From positions 1 to 64,000 of the forward strand of contig CAXHJY010000491.1 in NCBI GenBank assembly GCA_964016885.1: a DNA stretch of 64,000 nucleotides. The letters are read 5' to 3'. This stretch comes from Eledone cirrhosa (taxonomy: Eukaryota). A program made the translations under genes and the position numbers. The notes under the pieces were generated by a model. The model made no database searches and was not told the origin of the DNA. It saw only the letters and a list, made by a program, of their open reading frames with translations. Position 1 is the stretch's first letter. The number at the start of each line of letters is the position of its first letter. This document shows positions 9,796-20,800 of the stretch, piece after piece.

Positions 9796-10357
9796 CATAT
9801 AGAAAAAGGCGCTACAATGCAATTGGCGGTATTAATATCGTGAGAACGATGCTAGACGAAGGGTAGAAGGTAATAGAAACGATAAGCAATCGGTATGTCT
9901 CCTTGGAAATATGTAGTTCTTTTTATTTCGGATAAAATGCCCATTGTCAAAAATATAATCAACATCGATTGGTGAATGTAAATATGCGTCTATTGCACTT
10001 ATATTTTTGTAACAATAGTAGTAGTGTCAGCGAAAGTAGAAGACAGGTTCGATTAGTGGTTAGGATTTTTGCTGTTCCAGTCTATCATTGATAGAACGTC
10101 TGTGCTGTTTAATTACGATCGATCAATTCTTTAATTCCCAGATTACCTATATTGAATTCTGTGGCTAGAAAGTGTCAATCGTGTTTTGTTTTGTCTTCTT
10201 TTTCTTTTGTCGTTGTTGTTGTTTTTCTGTCATATGTTGGTGGCTCCTCATTTAATATCACTACATACGATTTATTTCATTGCATGCTTAGTTTGCTTTT
10301 ACACTAGTAGGGAGAACAGACATGCAGTAGACATATAGTTGCCTTCTGACCACTTTC

Positions 10358-10489
10358 CACTAGAAGTCTGAGCTGACTTTGCTTCCTCCTACAATGTTTA
10401 GTCATTAGAAGCCTGAGCTGATCGCCTCCTTCCACAGTGTTCAGACACTAGAAACAGCAGCTGACTTTACCTCCTTCCTCAGTGTTCAG
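10358..10489 (+). repeat. Three diverged 43-45-bp tandem repeats
   Basis: Units begin CAYTAGAA at 10358, 10403 and 10446, each containing AGCTGA...CCT...ARTGTTYAG. Confidence 0.8.
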
Positions 10490-11799
10490 CTGCAGGTCAA
10501 GGAAGGGGCAGATAATTTGTGTGAATCGGGTGTTCGATATTAATACCAATGTTCCCATTCATATTCACAAACGTCTCCAGTATGTTGTTGTCTTCTTCAC
10601 ATGAAGACACAGTAATGTAGTAAAGTTTCTGTATATACGCCTAACCACGCAATTTCAACTATTTCAAGAAATATTTCTGTGGTGACCATATAAACTTACA
10701 AGAAAACGACAATGTGAAAATGCTAAGGGCCTTTACCACACAAACAGAACACTGCACCCTGATGTAATCCAATGATCCTCAACAGAGAGTCCTTTAACTA
10801 TGTGTGATACATGCTACCACTAAAAATTTAGTCACCATATTATAATGTTTGTAGAGGTTACTCTGGAGCCGTTTACCATTTCCTATATGGGAAGTTTAAC
10901 ATCGAAAAAACTCTCTGTAACCATAGCCTGCTGCTGATTTGAGCATGAAATTCCTCTTATACATTAGCTCATATTCATACCAGTGTGATCTCGGCCATGT
11001 AATGATGTATGTTAAGGTGATACACAACACACTACCGATATAGAATTTGAGATATCCACCTCTCGCCTGATCATGCAGTACACTAGCCACTTAAACGAGA
11101 CATATTAAGGATTCCTTTATGATCTTGACAATTTCAGGAATATTTCATTATACGTTTGCAAACATTGATCTATGATTTACTAAACAGCACTCATCTTCTA
11201 CATTTAAGTCTCCAAATGGCTACTAATCCTCATTAGCCGCTCAAATCCATCAGCGATTTCATCAAATTCCTCGAGATGCCTGCGTAATAATGTGCTTGTC
11301 AGTGATTTACCATTTCTTAACATAAGAACCTATTATTAAGGCTTGTTTTGCTGGAAGGAATTTAATCTAACATTATTGAAGTACATACACTCGATAAACG
11401 TATTGCATCGCTATTTGATTGTATTTCAAAATCACATGCAACTAAACAAGTGATTTTCAACGTTGTCACTGTTTGTAATAGTAAAGTTACAATCGCCGAA
11501 GATCTATAAGATACAGAATTGCATCATCTCAAAATAGCCCTAATGTAAATATGTAATGTTGTAATGAAATCAATAACAGTAGGAAGTTTCAATAAATGCC
11601 TGGGAAAATATATCTTCTACAATGTGAAAATAACAGGCACTCGATATGCTGGTCTATGTTAACAGCAAATATATATTCATTAGAATAACTATATTCTTAA
11701 AGGACATATCTACAGTGTGGTTGACAAAAATTCCCTATTGAAAATTGTTAATAATTTTCTTAATTGTCGATTGATTTCCATAAAACATGTTTTATTCTG

Positions 11800-14035
11800 A
11801 ATATTGTAATGGTAGAAGTACAGTAAAGTGTTATTTTAACAGTGTAATGGTATAAGTACAATGTTATATTCAGCAGTGTTGTGGTAGAAGTACAGAACAG
11901 TGTTATCTTCAAAAGTGTAGTGGTAGAAGTACGGTAGAGTGTTGTCTTCAACAATGTTGTAGTAGATGAACAGTCAGTGTTGTGGTAGAAGTATAGTGTT
12001 ATATTCAACAGTGTTGTGGTAGATGTACAGTACAGTTTTGTGGTAGAAGTACAGTCAGTGTTATTTTCAACAGTGTAATGGTAGAACTACAGTACAGTGT
12101 TATATTCAACAGTGTAGTGGTAGAAGTACAGTACAGTGTTATTTTCAACAGTGTAATGCTAGAAGTACAGTCAGTTTTATATTCAACAGTGTAATGGTAG
12201 AAGTACAGTACCGTGTTATTTTCAACAGTGTAATGCTAGAAGTACAGTCAGTGTTATATTCAACAGTGTAATGGTAGAAGTACAGTACAGTGTTATATTC
12301 AACAGTGTAGTGTAGAAGTACAGTATAGTGTTATATTCAACAGTGTTGTGGTAGAAGTACAGTCGGTGTTATTTTAAAAAATGTAGTGGTAGAAGTACAG
12401 TACAGTGTTATATTCAACAGTGTAGTGTAGAAGTACAGTATAGTGTTATTTCCAACGATGTAGTGATAGAAGTACCGTCAGTGTTATATTCAAAAGTGTA
12501 ATAGTAGAACTACAGTACAGTGTTATATTCAACAATGTAGTAGTAGAAGTACAGTCATTGTTATTTTCAACAGTGTTGAAGTAGAAGTACAGTCAGTGTT
12601 ATATTCAACAGTGTTGTGGTAGAAGTACAATCAGTGCTATATTCAACAGTGCTGTGGTAGAAGTACAGTAAGTGTTATATTCAACAGTGTAGTGGTAGAA
12701 GTACAGTCAGTGTTATATTCAACAATGTAGTTGTAGAAGTACAGTCAGTGTTATATTCAACAGTGTAGTGGTAGAAGTACAGTCAGTGTTATATTCAACA
12801 GTGTAGTTGTAGAAGTACAGTCAGTGTTATATTCAATAGTGTTGTGGTAGAAGTACAATGTTATATTCAACAGTGTTATGGTAGAAGTACAGTCAGTGTT
12901 ATTTTGAACAGTGTAGTGGTAGAAGTACAGTCAGTCTTATATTCAACAGTGGTGTAGTAGAAGTACAGTCAGTGTTATTTTCAACAGTGGTGCAGTAGAA
13001 GTACAGTCAGTGTTATATTCAACAATGGTGTGGTAGAAGTACAGTACAGTGTTATTTTCACCAGTGTAGTGGTAGAAGTACAGTGTTATATTGAACAGTG
13101 TTGTGGTAGAAGTACAGTCAGTGTTATGTTCAACAGTGTCGTAGTAGAAGTACAGTCAGTGTTATATTCAACAGTGTTGTAGTAGAAGTACCGTCAGTGT
13201 TATATTCAACAGTATTGTAGTAGAAGTACAGTACAGTGTTATTTTCAAAAGTGTTGTGGTAGAAGTACAATCAGTGCTATATTCAACAGTGCTGTGGTAG
13301 AAGTACAGTAAGTGTTATATTCAACAGTGTAGTGGTAGAAGTACAGTCAGTGTTATATTCAACAGTGTAGTTGTAGAAGTACAGTCAGTGTTATATTCAA
13401 CAGTGTAGTGGTAGAAGTACAGTCAGTCTTATATTCAACAGTGTAGTTGTGGAAGTACAGTCAGTGTTATATTCAATAGTGTTGTGGTAGAAGTACAATG
13501 TTATATTCAACAGTGTTATGGTAGAAGTACAGTACAGTGTTATTTTGAACAGTGTAGTGGTAGAAGTACAGTCAGTCTTATATTCAACAGTGGTGTAGTA
13601 GAAGTACAGTCAGTGTTATTTTCAACAGTGGTGCAGTAGAAGTACAGTCAGTGTTATATTCAACAATGTTGTGGTAGAAGTACAGTACAGCGTTATTTTC
13701 AACAGTGTAGTGGTAGAAGTACAGTGTTATATTGAACAGTGTTGTGGTAGAAGTACAGTCAGTGTTATTTTCAACAGTGTCGTAGTAGAAGTACAGTCAG
13801 TGTTATATTCAACAGTGTCGTAGTAGAAGTACAGTCAGTGTTATATTCAACAGTGTTGTAGTAGAAGTACCGTCAGTGTTATATTCAACAGTGTTGTAGT
13901 AGAAGTACAGTACATTGTTATTTTCAAAAGTGTTGTGGTAGAAGTACAGTACAGTGTTATTTTCAACTGTGTGGTGGTAGAAGTACGGTGTTATATTTAA
14001 CAGTTTAATGGTAGAAGTGCAGTGTTATAATCAGT
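11800..14035 (+). repeat. 38-bp minisatellite (consensus AAGTACAGTCAGTGTTATATTCAACAGTGTAGTGGTAG), roughly 55-60 copies
   Basis: GAAGTAC recurs at 12698, 12736 and 12774 (period 38). There are 39-bp and 34-bp variants and degenerate edges. Confidence 0.96.
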
Positions 14036-14067
14036 GTTGTCCAGCAGTGTGATCACCTTGATATATG

Positions 14068-14265
14068 CTAGACTGACTTCAACTCAGGCGATATATTGGT
14101 CAGAACATAGCGAAGGCTTTCCTCCAATTCAGTCAGAGTTGTTGGCTTTGAGCTATAAACTTCTTTCTTCGCCCATCCCCACAGACAGCGCATGCAAAAT
14201 GTGGAGGGGGTCCCATCTTGCATGAATATGAGATCATTAATGTCCCAAGTAGTCATAGTAACCAA
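14068..14265 (-). mobile_element. Tc1/mariner-superfamily transposase remnant (C-terminal part, internally deleted)
   Basis: FMQDGTP and LWGWAKKEVYSSKPTTLTELEESLR match the F.QDGAP.H ... LWG..K..VY...P.T..EL pattern. The intervening WP..SPDL segment is missing, and no TIRs were identified. Confidence 0.7.
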
Positions 14266-14884
14266 ACATCTTACATTTCAATAGGGAGTTCTTTTCTACC
14301 CACCTTGTATATTTAGTTTTTAATTTTTGCAAGACTTCAACCAGACCAGGGTACATTTCCTAAAGTTTTAATTCCTATCATGTCTAACGATATTGAAGAT
14401 ATAACATAACTGGATATTAAATGAATGCAGTTAGGAGTCGAACCCAAATAAACATATAATTGCTGTAATTCATTACTTCAACATGGTGAAGTACTCAGAA
14501 TTTGATACATCATCTAATGCGGGGGATAGCAGCAGTATATGTTTTATAGTGGTGGTATTTCAGATAAACTAACTATCTATCTCTTGTGGAGTGTGATTCC
14601 TGAAGAAAAGGTGTCATGCTGAACAGAGAAACTAAATTTAGCACTTCGAATCAAATGAAACACTAATCAATTTGAAAGTGCTAACATTGCTTACAGATGA
14701 GAAGAGTACCATCATATGTTAGCTACATAGAGTTAGGTGGATTGGATTGTTTATGAAATTGTCTTACCTACAATAGAGATAACACGAGAATAACAACAGA
14801 CTTTCTTTCTCTCAATGCTATACTAACTCGGCGATTAGTAGCTTTCTATATTGCAATTAGAGGCGTTTAATTGTAATCAACTAA

Positions 14885-15890
14885 ATAAAATAGTCTTTGA
14901 CCGTGTTTAGGACAACGATTTGTGGCAGAGAATGAGGGGTACAGCTTCGACAGCAACATCATCCAGGTATTCTAAGCACTGTATTTAAACTCAAACATAA
15001 CATTTCTCCTAAATAGCAACATCAGAGACTTCTTCAGGACTGCAGTTGGAATTCGACAAGGATCTCTCCTCTCTCCAGTGTCTTTCAACATCTTCCAGAA
15101 TAACATAATGCAAGAAATAATCCCTCTTTCACACCTCTATTTCCATTGGAGGACGGCCTGTTTTCAACCTGCACTTTGTTGATGATATTGACTGTTAGGA
15201 TGCAGTAGGGCAGAACTTCAGATGTTCACCTCCAGACTGGGATAAGATGTTGGTTAATAGTCTTATCCAGACTAAAGCAACTGACATCATGTTGAACAGG
15301 GGGAACCTTGAAAACATGGACACCTTCGACTACCTAGGATCCACGTAGACCAACGACGGCAGGTCTCTAAAGGGAATGACGACCAGACTGGACCCTTCAT
15401 CATGTGGAAAAGCAGCTCTATTAGTTTTTCAACGAGGCTGATATTGTATAAGTTCCTGGTGACATTGATCCTTCTGTGTAACTCTGCGAGCTAAACACTT
15501 ACAGCTGACATAGAAAGAAGAATCCAGTCATTCGAGCACAAGAACTGCAAAATGCTGCAACGTATCCTGTACACAGAGCACAAGAGAAAGAAAACAACTT
15601 AATAAGAGATACGCAGGTAAACATGAATTACTTTGTGCGGTGGAAACTCACCTGATACGGTCTCAAATCCCAGAAAGTATCCCTGTCTAAAACACAGTTG
15701 AGGAAGAGTGAATGGACAGACAAAGAAAATCCTGGTCGGACCACATCAGGGACTGGACAGCTCACAACACCGTCACTTATCTACACATGACTGAGGAATG
15801 AGACCAATGGCGACTGCTGATAGTAAAAATGTCTAAAGTAGCATCTCCAACGACTGGCTACACAAGTTGCAGGGAGTTGATAGTGATGGA
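14885..15890 (+). mobile_element. Degenerate 5'-truncated RTE-clade LINE (RT domain to 3' end)
   Basis: Piecewise translation gives FDRV, FFRTAVGIRQGSLLSPVSFNIF (from 15029), TSISIGGRPVFNLHFVDDID (to 15192), FDYLGST, WKSSSISFSTRLILYK, TLTADIERRIQSFE and GQRQRKSW-like/DHIRDWT. It has many stops and frameshifts. Confidence 0.85.
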
Positions 15891-16392
15891 CAAAAGAAAC
15901 TCTACGAATATAAAATATCGAAGCGAACTTGATGTCAGTTCCCATTGAACTGTAACGGCGAAAAAACTGTTCTAAAGAAACCTAAGTACCAGAAAATAAT
16001 TGCAGTTTAATTACACCAACACAGTCTGTCCACTCAAATCAAATCATTATAGATGTCTCTAAATGTTGTTAGGATACAATAGAAATTAGGTTTAAGGGAC
16101 TAGATGAGTGAAAGGTGAAAATATATCGCGTGTGAATAAGTCATCAATAGAAGTTTATCAATAAATTACAGCTGAAATATTTAAACAAGTTTGAGAGTGA
16201 CAGGGGTTTCAAGGAGCCCCGTTCTTTTTTGGGTTGTCACATTTTTCCTGATTCGTTTAAATGTGCATATTACTCGTAATCGCTATTACATACACAAAAT
16301 TCCTAATCACTATTTTATGTCTTTTTTCTGATGTGTTTTTTTTTTATATTCGCTTATGCTTGTGATCTGTTTCGGATGATAAAGAAATTGCC

Positions 16393-16680
16393 ATTATTAT
16401 TATTTTTATTATTATTATTTTTATTATTATTGTTGTTGTTGTTATTGTTGTTGATGATGATGATAATATTGTTATTGTTGTTGTTGTTGTTGTTGGTTGT
16501 GCTGTATTTGTTATTCTTGTTGTTATTGTTGATTTTGCTGTTAACATTATTTTTGTTGACGTTGTTGTTATTGTTGTTATGTTGCTGTTTTTGTGTGGTT
16601 GCTATTGTTATCGTTGTTGTTGCTGCTGTTGTTGTTGCCATTATTATTATTATAGTTATTACTATTAGTATTATTATATT
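16393..16680. repeat. Imperfect (TTA)/(TTG)n trinucleotide tract
   Basis: Directly visible; it explains the poly-L, poly-N and poly-T ORFs. Confidence 0.95.
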
Positions 16681-16919
16681 AAAGACTGCAAATGGCACAA
16701 GGTTAATAACATAGCCAACGAAATATTACATAAATATTGAAGATAAGAGAAACATTGTTAAATGGGTTTGTAATAAAATTGATTTATGTCGAATCGTGTG
16801 CGTCAGCGATAAAGGGCAAAGTTTAGGCGAACAAAACTAAGATTAGATTTAAAGATGAAAGGTGAGAGGAAGTTTCCAGGGCAGGCTACGTATTAGAGTA
16901 CGTAAATAGAATTGAGTGG

Positions 16920-17026
16920 AACAACAACAACAACAACAACAGCAACAACAAAAGCATCAACATCAACAAAAAAAGCGATAACAACAACAACAAAACAACA
17001 ACAAAAGCAACAACAACAACAAAAGC

Positions 17027-17089
<63 letters not shown>

Positions 17090-17122
17090 AATAATAATAA
17101 TAGTAACAATAGCAATAATAAC
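16920..17122. repeat. (CAA)n-(TAA)n trinucleotide tract
   Basis: Directly visible. Confidence 0.96.
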
Positions 17123-17269
17123 GACATCAGACTACTGATAATATGGTTCCACTACTGTTACGAGAATTCTTGTTAGTTGCAACTTGTAAAGAAATCTGGG
17201 TTCTGGAGATGGAATTTTAATGGCAGTGGCTATAGGACAGTGGCAAAAGTGTTAATCTAGGACTGTAGC

Positions 17270-17668
17270 GTGGTGGTGGTGGTTGTGGAGCTGGTGGTGG
17301 CAGTGGTGGTGGTGGTGGTGGTGAGGGTGGTGGTAGTGGTGCTGGTGATAGTCGTGGTGTTTGTGGGTCTGGGGTGGTGGTCGTGGTGGTGGCGGTGGTG
17401 GTGATAGTATTGGTGGTAGTGGTGATAGTGGTAGTGGTGGTGGTGGTGATGGCGGAGGTGATGGTTGTGGTGGTGGTGATGGTGGTGGTGCTGGTGGTGG
17501 TGGTGGTGGTAGTGTTGTTAGTGGTGGTCGTGGTGGTGCTGATGGTAGTGGTGGTGGTGATAGTGGTAGTGTTGGTGGTAGTGGTAATAATGGTGATGGT
17601 GGTGGTGGTGATAGTGGTGGTGGTAATAGTGTTGGCAGTGGTGGTGGTGGTGGTGGTTGTGGTGGGGT
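17270..17668. repeat. Imperfect (GGT)n trinucleotide tract
   Basis: Directly visible; it explains the poly-G, poly-V and poly-H ORFs. Confidence 0.95.
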
Positions 17669-17800
17669 GCTGGTGGCCCTTGTGATGTATTTTTATGATG
17701 CAATTAATGTTGAACGTCGTTATTGTACTTGTTATTGTCGGATTGATGGTTGAACTTTATATTACAGTCTAATGATATAAATAGTGTAGAACCAACCGGA

Positions 17801-20800
17801 TGAGACAGTTACAACACTATAGCAAGTACTGAGACTGTTACAACACTATAGCAAGTACTGAGACTGTTACAACACTATAGCAAGTACTGAGACTGTTACA
17901 ACACTATAGCAAGTACTGAGACTGTTACAACACTATAGCAAGTACTGAGACTGTTACAACACTATAGCAAGTACTGAGACTGTTACAACACTATAGCAAG
18001 TACTGAGACTGTTACAACACTATAGCAAGTACTGAGACTGTTACAGCACTATAGCAAGTACTGAGACTGTTACAACACTATAGCAAGTACTGAGACTGTT
18101 ACAACACTATAGCAAGTACTGAGACTGTTACAACACTATAGCAAGTACTGAGACTGTTACAACACTATAGCAAGTACTGAGACTGTTACAACACTATAGC
18201 AAGTACTGAGACTGTTACAACACTATAGCAAGTACTGAGAGTGTTACAACACTATAGCAAGTACTGAGACTGTTACAGCACTATAGCAAGTACTGAGACT
18301 GTTACAACACTATAGCAAGTACTGAGACTGTTACAACACTATAGCAAGTACTGAGACTGTTACAACACTATAGCAAGTACTGAGACTGTTACAACACTAT
18401 AGCAAGTACTGAGACTGTTACAACACTATAGCAAGTACTGAGACTGTTACAACACTATAGCAAGTACTGAGACTGTTACAACACTATAGCAAGTACTGAG
18501 ACTGTTACAACACTATAGCAAGTACTGAGACTGTTACAGCACTATAGCAAGTACTGAGACTGTTACAACAATATAGCAAGTACTGAGACTGTTACAACAC
18601 TATAGCAAGTACTGAGACTGTTACAACACTATAGCAAGTACTGAGACTGTTACAACACTATAGCAAGTACTGAGACTGTTACAACACTATAGCAAGTACT
18701 GAGACTGTTACAACACTATAGCAAGTACTGAGACTGTTACAACACTATAGCAAGTACTGAGACTGTTACAACACTATAGCAAGTACTGAGACTGTTACAG
18801 CACTGTAGCAAGTACTGAGACTGTTACAACACTATAGCAAGTACTGAGACTGTTACAACACTATAGCAAGTACTGAGACTGTTACAGCACTATAGCAAGT
18901 ACTGAGACTGTTACAACACTATAGCAAGTACTGAGACTGTTACAACACTATAGCAAGTACTGAGACTGTTACAACATTATAGCAAGTACTGAGACTGTTA
19001 CAGCACTATAGCAAGTACTGAGACTGTTACGACACTATATCAAGTATTGAGACTGTTACAACACTATAGCAAGTACTTACTACTGAGATTGTTACAACAC
19101 TATAGCAAGTACTGAGACTGTTACGACACTATATCAAGTATTGAGACTGTTACAACACTATAGCAAGTACTTACTACTGAGATTGTTACAACACTATAGC
19201 AAACACTGAGACTGTTACAACACTATAGCAAGTACTGAGACTGTTACAGCACTATAGCAAGTACTGAGACTGTTACACCAAATTAGCAAGTACCTGAGAT
19301 TGTTACAATAATATAGCAAGTACTGAGACTGTTACAACAATATAGCAAGTACTGACTACTGAGACTGTTACAACACTATAGCAAGTACTGAGACTGTTAC
19401 AACAATATAGCAAGTACTGACTACTGAGACTGTTACAACACTATAGCAAGTACTGAGACTGTTACAACAATATAGCAAGTACTGACTACTGAGACTGTTA
19501 CAACACTATAGCAAGTACTGAGACTGTTACAACAATATAGCAAGTACTGACTACTGAGACTGTTACAACACTATAGCAAGTACTGAGACTGTTACAACAA
19601 TATAGCAAGTACTGACTACTGAGACTGTTACAACACTATAGCAAGTACTGAGACTGTTACAACACTATAGCAAGTACTGAATACTGAGACTGTTACAACA
19701 CTATAGCAAGTACTGAGACTGTTACAACAATATAGCAAGTACTGACTACTGAGACTGTTACAACACTATAGCAAGTACTGAGACTGTTACAACAATATAG
19801 CAAGTACTGACTACTGAGACTGTTACAACACTATAGCAAGTACTGAGACTGTTACAACAATATAGCAAGTACTGACTACTGAGACTGTTACAACACTATA
19901 GCAAGTACTGAGACTGTTACAACACTATAGCAAGTACTGAGATTGTTACAACACTATAGCAAGTACTGAGACTGTTACAACACTATATCAAGTACTGAGA
20001 CTGTTACAACACTATAGCAAGTACTGAGACTGTTACAACACTATAGCAAGTACTGAGACTGTTACAGCACTATAGCAAGTACTGAGACTGGTACACCAAT
20101 ATAGCAAGTACTGAGACTGTTACAACAATATAGCAAGTACTGAGACAGTTACAACAATATAGCAAGTACTGACACTGTTACAACAATATAGCAAGTACTG
20201 ACTACTGAGACTGTTACAACACTATAGCAAGTACTGAGACTGTGACAACACTATAGCAAGTACTGAGACTGTTACAACACTATTGCAAGTACTGAGACTG
20301 TAACAACACTATATCAAGTAGTGAGACTGTTACAACACTATAGCAAGTACTGAGACTGTTACAACACTATAGTAAGTACTGAGACTGTTACAGCACTGTA
20401 TCAAGTACTGAGACTGTTACAACACTATAGCAAGTACTGAGACTGTTACAACACTATAGCAAGTACTGAGACTGTTACAGCACTATAGCAAGTACTGAGA
20501 CTGTTACAACACTATAGCAAGTACTGAGACTGTTACAACACTATATCAAGTAGTGAGACTGTTACAACACTATAGCAAGTACTGAGACTGTTACAACACT
20601 ATAGCAAGTACTGAGATTGTTACAACACTATAGCAAGTACTGAGACTGTTACAACACTATGTCAAGTACTGAGACTGTTACAACACTATAGCAAGTACTG
20701 AGACTGTTACAACACTATAGCAAGTACTGAGACTGTTACAGCACTATAGCAAGTACTGAGACTGGTACACCAATATAGCAAGTACTGAGACTGTTACAAC

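Noticed and set aside
10896-11090. 64-aa minus-strand ORF
   Set aside because: No recognisable motif or supported splice structure.
16197-16240. Hairpin GGGGTTTC/aag/GAGCCCC followed by a T run
   Set aside because: It resembles a bacterial terminator, but the context is eukaryotic with no upstream gene, and there is no CTRR end to suggest a Helitron terminus.
16331-17753. Poly-L/N/T and poly-G/V/H ORFs
   Set aside because: They are explained by trinucleotide repeats that stay open in several frames on both strands.
17801-17974. Nucleosome phasing (5x29=145, 6x29=174)
   Set aside because: Numerical coincidence only; I saw no 5- or 6-monomer periodicity in the variants.
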